The notes beneath the pieces were generated by a model. That model was given only the letters and a program-made list of their open reading frames with translations. It was not told the DNA's origin and searched no databases. A program made the position numbers and the translations under genes. DNA of 60,057 nt, counting the filler. It is 6 parts of 6 records of this genome, joined end to end, with 100 filler letters (N's around TTAATTAATTAA, not from the genome) between each part and the next. Parts side by side here need not be neighbours in the genome. Positions count along the whole stretch, not along the records: positions 47,497 to 54,569 come from SRR31147125_12673; positions 54,670 to 60,057 come from SRR31147125_12682; 4 more parts are not named here. One strand, given 5' to 3'. This document shows, in pieces, positions 48,761 to 59,475 of this stretch. How positions within the stretch are numbered: position 1 is the stretch's first letter; each line of letters begins with the position of its first letter.

Positions 48761-49867
48761 GTGCAAAAACGACTGGTATTGCTCGGCGGAGAGCACGCTC
48801 ACCTGACAGTCCTCGCCAACCTGCGCCGCTACATCGACGCCGGTTTCGACGTCGCTGTCGTACAGCCCGCACGCTTTCACTACTATTCGGGGATGGGGCC
48901 GGGCATGCTCGGTTCCACCTACGAACCCGTACAGATCCGCTTCGATACCCGGAAACAGGTTGAACGAAACGGCGGTAGGTTCATAGAGGAAGCCGCCGTG
49001 GCGATCGATCCGGTGAAGTGCTCTGTGACCCTCGGAAACAACACGTCCATTCCCTATGACGTATTGAGCTGTAATACCGGTTCACAGGTCCCGGCCACCG
49101 TCGTCGCAGAACAGGCGGCCGTAATCCCTGCAAAACCGATAGCCGGACTTATCCGTGCCCGCACGGAGATCACCACGCTGTTGTCCCGAAATAAACCGAT
49201 CCATATCGGCATCGTCGGCGGCGGCCCGTCGGCGGTGGAACTCGCGTGCAACGTACGCCAGCTCTCTAATCGTTTCACATCCGGAGACTTGCGAATTTCG
49301 CTGTTTGCCGGCAGCCGAATCCTCGCCGGCAAACCGTCCCGAATGCGACGTATCGTCAGCCGATACCTGAAAGAACGAGATGTCACCCTGTTCGAGGGAG
49401 ATTACGCAGAGATTGCGACTGACGGGACGATCGTTATCGCCGGTAAGGAAAATGTCGCCTGCGACCTGACCCTGATCGCTACCGGCGTCACTCCCTCCCC
49501 GCTGTTTCGCGAGGCTGGCCTTACCCAAAGAAACGGGGAAGGCCTGGCGGTCAATGAGCACCTCCAGTCGATTGCCTACGACAATATTTTCGGCGGCGGT
49601 GACTGCATCGATTTTGTCGGCGAACCACTGGACAAGGTCGGCGTGTACGCGGTTCGCCAGAATCCCATCCTCTGTCACAACCTGCTCGCCAGACTCAAAG
49701 GAGAGGAACTGCGGTCGTTTTCTCCCGGTGGCTCCTACCTGCTGATCTACAACCTGGGCTGTGGCCACGGGGTTTTCATGAAGGGACCGCTCATTTTTTC
49801 GGGAGCACTCGCCTTCACGGTCAAAGATTTTATCGACAGACGGTTCATACGAAAATTCCGGATGTAA
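48761..49867 (+). CDS. FAD-dependent pyridine nucleotide-disulfide oxidoreductase (NDH-2/SelD N-terminal-like)
   Basis: LVLLGGEHAH, YSGM.PG, VGGGPSAVE, FGGGDC, KVGVYAVRQ and KD.IDRRF. Confidence 0.85.
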   Translation: MQKRLVLLGGEHAHLTVLANLRRYIDAGFDVAVVQPARFHYYSGMGPGMLGSTYEPVQIRFDTRKQVERNGGRFIEEAAVAIDPVKCSVTLGNNTSIPYDVLSCNTGSQVPATVVAEQAAVIPAKPIAGLIRARTEITTLLSRNKPIHIGIVGGGPSAVELACNVRQLSNRFTSGDLRISLFAGSRILAGKPSRMRRIVSRYLKERDVTLFEGDYAEIATDGTIVIAGKENVACDLTLIATGVTPSPLFREAGLTQRNGEGLAVNEHLQSIAYDNIFGGGDCIDFVGEPLDKVGVYAVRQNPILCHNLLARLKGEELRSFSPGGSYLLIYNLGCGHGVFMKGPLIFSGALAFTVKDFIDRRFIRKFRM

Positions 49868-49882
49868 CCCCCTTCTTCGCCA

Positions 49883-50758
49883 TCACCCCTTCTTCAGGAT
49901 CATTGCCCCTATGCCGACTCCAAGCGCATCAGCCACTTTGCTGCACTTCGCACGCAGCAGAAAGTACAGGTTGCGGTTAGAACTGTCGCACAGCGTCTCG
50001 TAATTCCCCTGACCTTTTGATATGATCATGTCAGCATCAGTGAAGAGCTGCTGAAACTCCGCCGTCGTTTCCGCTACAATCGTTCCGGGATAGACGCTGC
50101 CGCTCGAGATGACCCGGGCAACCTCCCCCATTCCAATTGCATCGGCATCCTCGAGTGTGGCATCGTTGATGATTGGCTGATCACGCACCGCAAAGACCAC
50201 ATCGATCCCGGCACATTCCCGTTTGATTTCTCCTATTAGGGTCTTGTCAAAGAGATCCTCCCCGACATTATCCCCCAGGTAGAGCAGAGATTTTACAGCT
50301 TCGAGCCGTCTCCTGAATGCAGGATAATCGTATACCGCAAAATCGAGATCATGCACTTTACTGAGCTCGGATTCGACATCGAGGTCGCCATGTGCTTTCG
50401 CCCCGAAGTCTATGATATTGCCGAGCGCGGCACATTTTACAGCGAGCCCGATCCGGTCGTCAGCGTGCTCGATCTGGTCGCGAAGACTTTCATAAAACGA
50501 GCGCGCCGTCTCCCTGGACTCTGCCTTGATATCCCGGTAAGGATCGAAGGGTTTGCCCAGATGGGGGTACCGGTGCTCGATATAGTTGTTTACTGCGACC
50601 AGAATCTGCTGCGGATACTGGTCGTCTGAGCATTCGCCCAGAACGTTCAATGCATGAACCATAACCTCTTTTTTCTGAGGCTCGTCGAGCGCACAGAGGT
50701 TTACGGTGGCGAGGACCTGTCCCAACAGACAGGGATAACATTCTATCGATGCTTTCAT
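49883..50758 (-). CDS. Damage-control phosphatase, ARMT1/DUF89 family
   Basis: ECYPC, DPY...K, GNIIDFG, DNVGE..FD, PIINDAT and SKGQGNYETL. Confidence 0.92.
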   Translation of the reverse strand: MKASIECYPCLLGQVLATVNLCALDEPQKKEVMVHALNVLGECSDDQYPQQILVAVNNYIEHRYPHLGKPFDPYRDIKAESRETARSFYESLRDQIEHADDRIGLAVKCAALGNIIDFGAKAHGDLDVESELSKVHDLDFAVYDYPAFRRRLEAVKSLLYLGDNVGEDLFDKTLIGEIKRECAGIDVVFAVRDQPIINDATLEDADAIGMGEVARVISSGSVYPGTIVAETTAEFQQLFTDADMIISKGQGNYETLCDSSNRNLYFLLRAKCSKVADALGVGIGAMILKKG

Positions 50759-51150
50759 TGATCTTGAGGATTTCAGGTTGTTAGTGCATTCAATAAGGGT
50801 TGATACGTATCGGTAGTGATAGGGAAATGATCGAACAATGTCAAAGATATTTTGTTGTCATTCCGGTTTAAAATGCGCTAGATACCTAACCTGGATATTT
50901 CTCGGGTTGAGACGGCCCGCGCGCAGGGTGGAAATTCTGTTTTTCATCATTGATTCTAAAAGTACAACCTACCACCTTGGTATAACCGCAAAAATTGCGC
51001 CTATACATTTTTTATTTATTGGTTTTATTATTTTTTGTTTTTCCCATGAAATATTCAGGCTAGCGAAACATGCTGTGTAAAACCCGGAAAGAACATCGAC
51101 ACTAATTGCTGCAGAATCGATCCATGCAGTATATCGACGAGGTGAACCCC

Positions 51151-51960
51151 ATGAAATCCTATCGACGCGTACTCACGATCGCAGGTTCCGACTCAGGGGG
51201 CGGAGCCGGCATCCAGGCGGACCTGAAGACGATCGCGGCATGCGGATGCTATGGAACATCAGCAATCACCGCAATCACCGCTCAGAATACGATCGGCGTC
51301 ACCGATATTCATTCTGTCCCGGTCGCAACCCTCGAAGCGCAGATACGTGCCGTCCTCGATGATATCGGCACCGATGCGGTCAAGCTCGGAATGCTGCACA
51401 GCATTGAAATCATCGAGTGTGTCAGCCGACTGTTGGATGAGTACAAAATCACCAACGTCGTGCTCGATCCGGTGATGGTCGCCACCAGCGGAGACAAGCT
51501 GATCGAAGATGACGCGATCCAGGCGCTCACGAAATACCTGCTCCCCCGGGCCCGGATCATAACCCCCAACATCCCCGAGGCGGAGATTCTGACCGGCACG
51601 CCCCTCCCATCTGCAGAAGATCTTGAAAAGAGTGCTGTCACGCTCGGGACAACATACGGGATATCCGTCCTGGCCAAGGGAGGGCACCTGGCTGGAGACG
51701 AACTCCTCGACGTCCTGTACGATCACCAGAACGGCCGCACACAGCATTTCTCGAACCGCAAACGTTCTACCAACAATACCCACGGTACTGGATGTACGCT
51801 CTCCTCAGCGATTGCGTCTTTTATCGCGAAGGGGTTGTCCGTCGCAGATGCGGCCGAAAGCGGCATCGCCTTTGTCGCGCGAGCGATTCACAGCGGAGCG
51901 GAGTACCAGTTGGGCGGTGGTCACGGTCCTGTCCATCACTTCCATGAGTACTGGAAGTAA
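51151..51960 (+). CDS. thiD: Hydroxymethylpyrimidine/phosphomethylpyrimidine kinase
   Basis: IAGSDSGGGAGIQADLK, DPVMVATSG, TPN..EA, KGGH and HGTGCTLSSA. Confidence 0.96.
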   Translation: MKSYRRVLTIAGSDSGGGAGIQADLKTIAACGCYGTSAITAITAQNTIGVTDIHSVPVATLEAQIRAVLDDIGTDAVKLGMLHSIEIIECVSRLLDEYKITNVVLDPVMVATSGDKLIEDDAIQALTKYLLPRARIITPNIPEAEILTGTPLPSAEDLEKSAVTLGTTYGISVLAKGGHLAGDELLDVLYDHQNGRTQHFSNRKRSTNNTHGTGCTLSSAIASFIAKGLSVADAAESGIAFVARAIHSGAEYQLGGGHGPVHHFHEYWK

Positions 51961-51975
51961 GCACGGTTGCTCCGC

Positions 51976-52524
51976 TTATTCGTCTTTGTTCACTACGGTA
52001 ATTCGCTGGATCTCGGGGTCCGTAAAACCGTCGAGCCCGTCCCGCACCGTCGTCGAGAAGCTGTAGAGTACCGCCCCGCTTGCGCCGGCCTGGAACCAGT
52101 GTTTCTCATACGGCTCGAAGGTCAGTTGGTCCCCGGGAGACATGTCGATTTCGTGTCTCAGCGTATAGACATCCTCCTTTCCCGCTACAACGAATCCCCT
52201 GGTTAACGTATCCGGCCCTTCGACGTAAAATCTCAGGTCTCCCCAGATGTGGCGGACCGTTTCCTGTTTGCCCGGATCACCTTCCACCTGTGGATGCCAG
52301 TGTTCGGGTTCTGTCTGATTGGGGAACAACACCAGGATCTTGGCGGCTAATCGGTCCGTGTTTACCATCGTAAACACCTCGACGCCCTCGGTTTCAAGGT
52401 TACCAAGTCCGAAATCGACCACTTCGATCTTCTCTATCTCGTCATCGCTGATCATCAAGCCGGCAACCCGAATCATCTGGGCCGCTTTGAGTTGTGCACT
52501 TCTCCGCTCAGTTTCTGTTATCAC
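51976..52524 (-). CDS. D-lyxose/D-mannose family sugar isomerase (cupin)
   Basis: DFGLG, PEHWHP...GK.ET, HWFQAG and F.DP.I.R. Confidence 0.88.
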   Translation of the reverse strand: MITETERRSAQLKAAQMIRVAGLMISDDEIEKIEVVDFGLGNLETEGVEVFTMVNTDRLAAKILVLFPNQTEPEHWHPQVEGDPGKQETVRHIWGDLRFYVEGPDTLTRGFVVAGKEDVYTLRHEIDMSPGDQLTFEPYEKHWFQAGASGAVLYSFSTTVRDGLDGFTDPEIQRITVVNKDE

Positions 52525-52627
52525 CGGTAGCCTCCCTTCTCCTCATTCTATAAATATCCATAGCTCCTATCGAAACATCCTGATAGCCGAACACGTTCAT
52601 CTCTCGTTTCTCACCCATAAAAAAGCG

Positions 52628-52670
52628 TTGACAAATTTTTGTATTCATTATATTGAATTTTGTATACAAT
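52628..52670. promoter_or_regulatory. Promoter -35 and GntR/FadR-type operators
   Basis: TTGACA at 52628, palindrome TTGTATACAA at 52660-52669, and an imperfect copy TTGTATTCAT at 52639. Confidence 0.7.
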
Positions 52671-52717
52671 TTATATGGAGAACTTTCAACTCTCACTTGA
52701 TGGATGGAAAGAAAACC

Positions 52718-53407
52718 ATGCGAGAACCGCTTATCAAATCAGAAAACCTGGATCAGAGGGCATATCAAATCATCAAGGATATGATCGAAAACCGCGAACT
52801 CGCTCCGGGCCAGAAAATTCCCCAGGAAAAACTGGCGGCTGATCTCGGCATCAGCCGTACCCCGTTGATCAGTGCGCTTAAGTTTCTCGAGCAGGAGAAG
52901 CTCGTTGAAACAAAACCGCGCAGGGGGTTTTTCGTTCGCCTCTTCTCTCTCAAGGAGATGGTCTCCATATTCGAGATTCGAGAGGTACTCGAAGGTTTGT
53001 CCGCCCGCAGGGCCGCAGAATCCATTACCGATCGCCAGATAAATCACCTGCGGGAAATCTTCAAACCCTTCTCGCGTACCCGGGATATCACTGACTACCA
53101 CGCATACTCAGTGGCAGACCGTGCCTTTCATAATTACCTCGCGGATATCAGTTCCCGTGAGTTTCTGAGTTCGATACTGCAGACATTCAACATCGTTTCA
53201 CTGGCCTATCTATACCCGACCAAAGAGGGGCTGATCCGTATCCCGAATGAAACGATTAAAGAACACATCGATATCGTAGAAGCTATCTGCGCTCACGACC
53301 CCATTGCCGCGGAAGCGAACATGAGATTCCATCTGCAGGAAACCGCAGCTCAACTGAACCGGGAAATTCAACTAGAGCAATCCAACTACAGGGAGGTAAA
53401 CAGCTAA
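52718..53407 (+). CDS. GntR-family regulator (FCD domain)
   Basis: LAADLGISRTP..AL..L..E.LV...PRRG, D..FH and EH..I..AI. Confidence 0.92.
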   Translation: MREPLIKSENLDQRAYQIIKDMIENRELAPGQKIPQEKLAADLGISRTPLISALKFLEQEKLVETKPRRGFFVRLFSLKEMVSIFEIREVLEGLSARRAAESITDRQINHLREIFKPFSRTRDITDYHAYSVADRAFHNYLADISSREFLSSILQTFNIVSLAYLYPTKEGLIRIPNETIKEHIDIVEAICAHDPIAAEANMRFHLQETAAQLNREIQLEQSNYREVNS

Positions 53408-53459
53408 GAAATCGTAACTAGGTCAGTAACTGAATTAACCATTATCAAGGGAGGTTGTA

Positions 53460-54464
53460 ATGAGGAGGATTTTACTTTTAGGTTTGGCGATATTTCTAGC
53501 CTTTACCTGCAGCGCCTATGCGGCAAAGAAATTTCCATCACGAAACATCACCAACGTGGTAGTTTGGGGTGCAGGCGGCGGTACCGATACCTGTAACCGC
53601 ATCATCTCCGCCGAAATGGCACCATTTCTCGACGTGAACATCAACGTCATCAACAAGACCGGTGGCGTCGGCGGGTCTGTCGGAATGACCTATGGGTTTA
53701 GCCAGAAGCACGACGGCTACACCCTGACCGGCCTCTCCGAGTCCAATGTCACCGCCGGTGTTCAGGGCGGCTGGGACCAGAACTTCGACGTGTGGGACCC
53801 CTTCATCGTCGGCGGTTCTCCGGACCTGATCTCCGTAACCGCTAACGCACCGTATGAAACGCTCAAAGACCTGATCGAAGGTGCCAAGAAGGACCCGGGC
53901 TCGATCAAGGCCGGGGCAAGTGCCGCCGGATCGATTCACCACCTGAACCTGCTTGCACTCGAAAACGGCTCTGGGGCCAAATTCAATTTCATCCCCTATA
54001 AAGGCTCGGCTCCCGCTCAGAACGCTGCAATGGCCGGCGAGGTGACCGTTGTCGTTACCTCCCTCGCAGAACAGCAGCAACTGCTCCGCGGCGGGAAACT
54101 GCGTCCGCTTGCAATGCTGATACCGGAAGCCTTCGAGGTGAAAGGCCTTGGATCAATCCCTTCAGGTTTCGACGACTACCCCGGACTGGCAGATTACCTG
54201 CCGATCTCCCAGGCGATTGGATTTGCAATCCCGCATGACGTTCCCCAGGAAACGAAAGATGTCCTGATCGATGCGTTCAACAAGGCGATTGCGACCGATA
54301 AGATCAAGAACTGGGCAAAAGAGAACTACTACGTGCTTTCCGGTGCGACCGGTGAAGAATCACGGAAGATTTTCGCATCCCTGCAGTCGGCGTTTACGTG
54401 GAAACTGCATGAACTCGGTGCTGCCAAAGTCAGCCCTGACACGCTTGGCATCCCCAAGCCGTAA
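53460..54464 (+). CDS. Tripartite tricarboxylate transporter substrate-binding protein (TctC/Bug family)
   Basis: Signal peptide, FP.R.I..VV.WGAGGGTD, NK.GG.G, DGYT and IPYKG. Confidence 0.9.
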   Translation: MRRILLLGLAIFLAFTCSAYAAKKFPSRNITNVVVWGAGGGTDTCNRIISAEMAPFLDVNINVINKTGGVGGSVGMTYGFSQKHDGYTLTGLSESNVTAGVQGGWDQNFDVWDPFIVGGSPDLISVTANAPYETLKDLIEGAKKDPGSIKAGASAAGSIHHLNLLALENGSGAKFNFIPYKGSAPAQNAAMAGEVTVVVTSLAEQQQLLRGGKLRPLAMLIPEAFEVKGLGSIPSGFDDYPGLADYLPISQAIGFAIPHDVPQETKDVLIDAFNKAIATDKIKNWAKENYYVLSGATGEESRKIFASLQSAFTWKLHELGAAKVSPDTLGIPKP

Positions 54465-54510
54465 TCAGACTGCATCGTATTAACAGATCACCGACAGGTT
54501 GTAACTGAAC

Positions 54511-54569
54511 AGGCCGGGCACTGCCTCTAAGCTTCTCGCGCATCTGCCCGGCCTTATTTCTTCTTTTTT
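54511..54569 (+). terminator. Hairpin or possible terminator after tctC
   Basis: AGGCCGGGCA...TGCCCGGCCT followed by a T-rich tract. Confidence 0.55.
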
Positions 54570-54669
54570 NNNNNNNNNNNNNNNNNNNNNNNNNNNNNNN
54601 NNNNNNNNNNNNNTTAATTAATTAANNNNNNNNNNNNNNNNNNNNNNNNNNNNNNNNNNNNNNNNNNNN
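54570..54669. other. Artificial contig spacer
   Basis: N44-TTAATTAATTAA-N44. Confidence 0.99.
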
Positions 54670-54671
54670 GG

Positions 54672-55829
54672 TATTTCAAGCTGGTATCATTATCTGAGAT
54701 TAACGGTAGAAGCTTTACTAGTGCTGCTGAGATAAATATAATTCAAAGTTCGATAAGCAGACTTGAGAATAACCCTGAAACTATAACTGTTTCACAAGGA
54801 ACTGACCATGTAAATTTTTCCGTAGGCGGTTTTAATATCACAAACTATCAGTGGTATAAAAACGGCATTGCCCTTTCCGATGACCCAACCGAATCGAAAT
54901 ACATTGGAGAAACCAGCTATGCTTTGACTATCTTTGATATACAGGCTGATAATGAAGGCTTCTACCATTGTGTATGCAGTAATAATACGGGCTGGTCGGA
55001 TAATTCTGAACCAGCCCAGCTAATGACTGAGAGATTAGTTGGCTGGTGGAAACTGGATGGGAATTTACTTGATTCAATTACCGAAGCTATACCCGGCATG
55101 CCCAGTCATAACGGTACTTCAAACAGCGTAAGGTATGTGGATGGAAAAGATGGTAACGCACTTGTTTTTTCTGGAAACCCGGACGGTCTGGTTAACATAC
55201 AAAATAGTTCTGATTATTTCAATTTTTACCCTAATGGTTATACTGTCAGTGCCTGGGTCAATATCCCACAAACTACAGGAGCATGGACAGGATTTGTCTC
55301 TAAAGAATCTATAACAAACACTGGCCGCAGCGGCTATATATTAACCTGCACAGATAAAGGCGAGGCAGTACATACTTTACGTGAATCATTTAACGACTTG
55401 TTTTCTGGTGTCAATATTGTAGATGGAAACTGGCACTTAATTACAGGTACATACGATGGTAACACAAAGACAGGCGAAATCTACATTGACGGCGTATTAC
55501 AGAATGATACTGTCAATACAAATACACTAAACAACGGCCCTGCCAGTATTGTTTTCGGAGCTCAGAATACCAGTAATGATGCTCCTTACATCGGTCTTCT
55601 GGATGATGTAAGAATTTGGAGCTACCCGCTCAATCCGACAGAAGTTTTAGCACTTTATGTTAACTTTAACTCAGATGAAGAAATATGTATTAGTTATCCA
55701 GAATTTGATGTGGCCGGACCCGATGGTGTGGGAAAAGATTTTAGAGATTGCAGAGTAAATATCTATGACCTAGAATATTTCGCTTCTGAATGGCTTGAGT
55801 GTAACCTTATCCCCACATGCCTGTCTTAA
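54672..55829 (+). CDS. 5'-truncated secreted multidomain protein: F5/8C end, Ig, LamG and C-terminal dockerin-like motif
   Basis: Frame open from the contig edge (YFKLVSLSEING...SAAEINI). Also YQWYKNG, DNEGFYHC, WWKLDGN, WHLITGTYD, G.LDDVRIW and DCRVN..DL..FA..WL.C. Confidence 0.85.
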   Translation, partial: YFKLVSLSEINGRSFTSAAEINIIQSSISRLENNPETITVSQGTDHVNFSVGGFNITNYQWYKNGIALSDDPTESKYIGETSYALTIFDIQADNEGFYHCVCSNNTGWSDNSEPAQLMTERLVGWWKLDGNLLDSITEAIPGMPSHNGTSNSVRYVDGKDGNALVFSGNPDGLVNIQNSSDYFNFYPNGYTVSAWVNIPQTTGAWTGFVSKESITNTGRSGYILTCTDKGEAVHTLRESFNDLFSGVNIVDGNWHLITGTYDGNTKTGEIYIDGVLQNDTVNTNTLNNGPASIVFGAQNTSNDAPYIGLLDDVRIWSYPLNPTEVLALYVNFNSDEEICISYPEFDVAGPDGVGKDFRDCRVNIYDLEYFASEWLECNLIPTCLS

Positions 55830-55895
55830 CTCATATCTGCAACTCACCTAATACTTCATACTTCCTATTGCTTCTAATTGTTTATGAAATGATTG

Positions 55896-56537
55896 CTATA
55901 TGATATCATGGCCCTGATGTTCGAGCATATGGTCTATGCCTTCAAGACACAAGCTGGACCAGGTTTCCATACTGTCTTTAATAGAATCAAGCTCATCAGG
56001 TGTAGAAAAGCCAATCTGAGTAATCATCTGCTCACGCTTATCAACCTCTTCGGCTTCAAGTTCCCAAAGATGAACAACGCCAAGGTGAACCTTACCTACT
56101 TCATTGGTGTCGTCATTAAGCAATGCAACTATCCGGTCAGTATGGCCTGTGTTAACAACAACTTCCTCTTCAATTTCTCTTTCAACAGCTCTGCGATACA
56201 CATCCTTATAGTCAGCTTCAGGTCCGCTATTGACATGATCAACAGGGTTTATATGCCCACCAATTCCCATAGAACGGTTACCAACAAGACGTTTTTCTCC
56301 CCCGCGTTTACCCCGAACATAGCTCAGTAACTTGCCGTTGCATGTCATCAGCACATACGGAATAAGCTGTTTATATGAAGGATCGTTCTCCGCTTCGCTT
56401 CTAAGCATAAAGCTAAGATTTCCAGGTGAAAATATTTTGCTAACATAATCTTCAATATCGAAACACAAGCCATGAAACAAAGGTCCGTTTTCTTCCAGAA
56501 TTTCACGTTTTACTACTAAAACTTCCTCTTCTGCCAT
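55896..56537 (-). CDS. NUDIX-like phosphoesterase
   Basis: AE.DPSYKQLIPY, E.RL...S.GIGGHIN, REIEEEV and VG.VHLG. Confidence 0.85.
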   Translation of the reverse strand: MAEEEVLVVKREILEENGPLFHGLCFDIEDYVSKIFSPGNLSFMLRSEAENDPSYKQLIPYVLMTCNGKLLSYVRGKRGGEKRLVGNRSMGIGGHINPVDHVNSGPEADYKDVYRRAVEREIEEEVVVNTGHTDRIVALLNDDTNEVGKVHLGVVHLWELEAEEVDKREQMITQIGFSTPDELDSIKDSMETWSSLCLEGIDHMLEHQGHDII

Positions 56538-56678
56538 AATATTCCTTAATAAAACAACCGGTACCATTGTAAGTACACAGTTTATTAATAATTACAATCT
56601 TCAGGTATTTCCATTCGAATAATAAAAATTGTCTTTCAACAAATTGGAATTGGAAATCCTATTTCTACAATAGATTAT

Positions 56679-57119
56679 TTAACAATCAGCTCTTCTGCCG
56701 GCCCCTGGCACTTTACGCCTTCGCAGCCATCCACTTTCTTAGCCTTATAATCCTTGTACACGTTTCGAGAAAACTTAAAAGGAGCAGTAACAATATCTTT
56801 CATAAAAATAACAGGATCAGTAACAACATGCCTTGCATTGCTCTTGCTCCAGGTTTTATATTCTGCTGTAGGATATCCAGAATCTAATTTCGAATACCCG
56901 GTAATATACGGACTTGGTTTTACGGTCTCAATCTGTTCAGGACCAACTTCTGTATGGCCCCAATCTCTGGCAATAATATTTTCCGGTACATATTCTACTG
57001 CTGCATTTAGGTTGCTGACAACAATAGCCGTTATTACCCGAGAAAAAATCTTTCACCTTACCACACCCGGAAAGAGTTATGATTGCCAGAAATAGTATAG
57101 GATATAACTTCCTTGTCAT
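56679..57119 (-). CDS. Hypothetical lipoprotein, apparently frameshifted near 57000-57050
   Basis: Lipobox LSGC after a signal peptide. A second frame stays open (AAVEYVPENIIARDWG...) to about 56680. Confidence 0.5.
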
Positions 57120-57184
57120 GTTTTGCTCCAATATGATATTTACAAATGAACAAATAGCTCAAGCAGCTTTTGTCAATATTGATT

Positions 57185-58675
57185 CTAGCCGACAACGTCT
57201 CCGCAAGAATAGTTTGGTGCTTCTTGTGTAATACTAATGTCATGAGGGTGATTCTCTCGAACTGAAGCAGCAGTTATTTTTATAAACCTGGCATCATTTC
57301 TGAGATTTTCAATGTCCTTTGTTCCACAATACCCCATACCTGCACGCAGACCGCCAACCATCTGATAGACAAACTCGCTAAGTTTACCGCGGTAAGGTAC
57401 ACGCCCTTCAACACCTTCTGGAACAAGCTTGTCTGCTTCGCGGGTTTCCTGGCCATATCGGGCACCGCCACCTTTGACCATAGCCCCCATGGAACCCATA
57501 CCACGATATGTCTTGAACTGCCTGCCCTGGTAGATAACCAGTTCACCAGGTGATTCTTCGAGACCGGCAAAAAGTGAACCAAGCATAACACTGCTCGCAC
57601 CAGCTGCAATGGCCTTAACAATATCACCACTTTGACGAACACCGCCATCTGCGATAACCGGAATGCCATGCTCATTTCCAGCTCGAGATGCATCCATAAT
57701 CGCAGTAACCTGAGGGACGCCAACACCCGAAACAACCCGGGTGGTACAAATCGAGCCAGGACCAATACCTATTCTTACCGCATCGGCACCTACCTCTGCA
57801 AGTGCAACAGCACCTTCATAAGTAGCTACATTACCGGCGATAACTTCTATATCCCAGTTTTGTTTTATTTCTTCGACAGTATCAAGCACATTTTTTGAAT
57901 GGCCATGTGCTGAATCAACAGTAATAAAATCAACATCACTCTGGATAAGTTTTTCAACTCGTTCAAAATCCAGAACGGAAATGGATGCACCTACCCGCAA
58001 TCTTCCACGACTATCCTTGGTAGCTTTAGGATATTGATGGACACGCTCAATATCACGCATTGTTATCAACCCTGCCAACGTACCATCATCGTTTACCAGG
58101 AGTAGCTTTTCAACTTTATGCTGGTTTAGAATAGCCTGCGCCTGTGACAATTCTGTCCCTGCCGGTCCTGTTACTAGATTCTCGCAGGTCATCAAAGTAG
58201 AAATTAACTGGGTTTCATTTTCAAGAAATGCCATATCACGACGGGTCAGGATACCGATAAGTTTCTTGTCATCATTCACAACTGGTATACCAGAAATATT
58301 CTGTCTGGTCATCAATTCACGTGCCTTGCCGGCCAGATCATTTGGCCCAAGCGTAACAGGGTCAAGAATAACACCATTCTCACTGCGTTTGACCTTTTCA
58401 ACTTCAATAGTCTGTTCCTCAACCGTAAGGTTCTTATGAATAACGCCAACTCCACCTTCCTGGGCTATTGCAATAGCCAGTGCAGATTCTGTAACTGTAT
58501 CCATTGGAGAACTGACCAGGGGGATATTTATAGAGATATTGCGTGTCAGACGAGTGCTGGTATCAACATCTTTCGGCAGCAATTCACTAAATGCCGGGAC
58601 CAACAATACATCATCAAAAGTGATAGCCTGTCCTATTATTTTTTCACTCATCAGTTTCTTTCTAACTACAGCCAT
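57185..58675 (-). CDS. guaB: IMP dehydrogenase (with CBS domains)
   Basis: [44 protein letters not shown] and PEGVEG. Confidence 0.97.
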   Translation of the reverse strand: MAVVRKKLMSEKIIGQAITFDDVLLVPAFSELLPKDVDTSTRLTRNISINIPLVSSPMDTVTESALAIAIAQEGGVGVIHKNLTVEEQTIEVEKVKRSENGVILDPVTLGPNDLAGKARELMTRQNISGIPVVNDDKKLIGILTRRDMAFLENETQLISTLMTCENLVTGPAGTELSQAQAILNQHKVEKLLLVNDDGTLAGLITMRDIERVHQYPKATKDSRGRLRVGASISVLDFERVEKLIQSDVDFITVDSAHGHSKNVLDTVEEIKQNWDIEVIAGNVATYEGAVALAEVGADAVRIGIGPGSICTTRVVSGVGVPQVTAIMDASRAGNEHGIPVIADGGVRQSGDIVKAIAAGASSVMLGSLFAGLEESPGELVIYQGRQFKTYRGMGSMGAMVKGGGARYGQETREADKLVPEGVEGRVPYRGKLSEFVYQMVGGLRAGMGYCGTKDIENLRNDARFIKITAASVRENHPHDISITQEAPNYSCGDVVG

Positions 58676-58994
58676 ATTATAGGCTTATATAAAGTGTTGA
58701 AATATAATTATACCTAGTAGATAATTTTAACCGCAGACATGTACAAAATCAAGGGCAAAACCAACATATGCCAACCTTGCTAACCAGGAAAAGCTAAACT
58801 AACAGGCTAAGTTGAACGTTATATGCTAAAAGCAGCCCATTCTCAGTTAAACATCAAACATGACGCCTTCACGAAATGCACCTGGCTGCCCTACCCATTC
58901 ACTTGCGACACTAGCACTATGATACAACTGGAAAAATCACATAAGTTATACAATATTATTTTCCACAACACTCAATTATTAAAACATCATAAAC

Positions 58995-59369
58995 CTAGGC
59001 TACAACAACAACATTCCCATCATTGAGTGATAGTTCCTTAATAGAAAGCCCCTTAACTTTACGATCTGCAAGCTTATTCAGCTGGATGATTATTTTATCG
59101 TTTTCATAAGCAACATATTTGGCAACTGACGGCTCCTGAACTTTGGCCGTAATGAAAGGTTTAACTAACGGCATAGCCTCAAGACCAAGGGTAAGTACAC
59201 CGTCCTGGTATGATTCGAATACAATAGTAATATCTATCGAGAACATCACTTTTGCCTTGAGCATAATCTTGTTAGATTCTGCTGTAACCGAAGTTACCTT
59301 ATCTGGCAGCCAGTTGTTCTTTTTTAGTATTGTTACCAGTTCGTCGAGCTGAAGTTCTAGTTTTGCCAT
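58995..59369 (-). CDS. Hypothetical protein
   Basis: 124-aa ORF with an AGGA RBS. Confidence 0.7.
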   Translation of the reverse strand: MAKLELQLDELVTILKKNNWLPDKVTSVTAESNKIMLKAKVMFSIDITIVFESYQDGVLTLGLEAMPLVKPFITAKVQEPSVAKYVAYENDKIIIQLNKLADRKVKGLSIKELSLNDGNVVVVA

Positions 59370-59475
59370 GCGTATATCCTATCTGTAGCCAAAATGTCAG
59401 TGTTTATTTTGTTAGATATTTTATATTGTATGTAATCCGGGTTCAAGATAAATTTCTCGAACTAATAGACTTATA

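Noticed and set aside
50760-51150. TPP riboswitch upstream of thiD
   Set aside because: No CTGAGA...ACCTGA...GCGNAGG core is visible in the correct arrangement.
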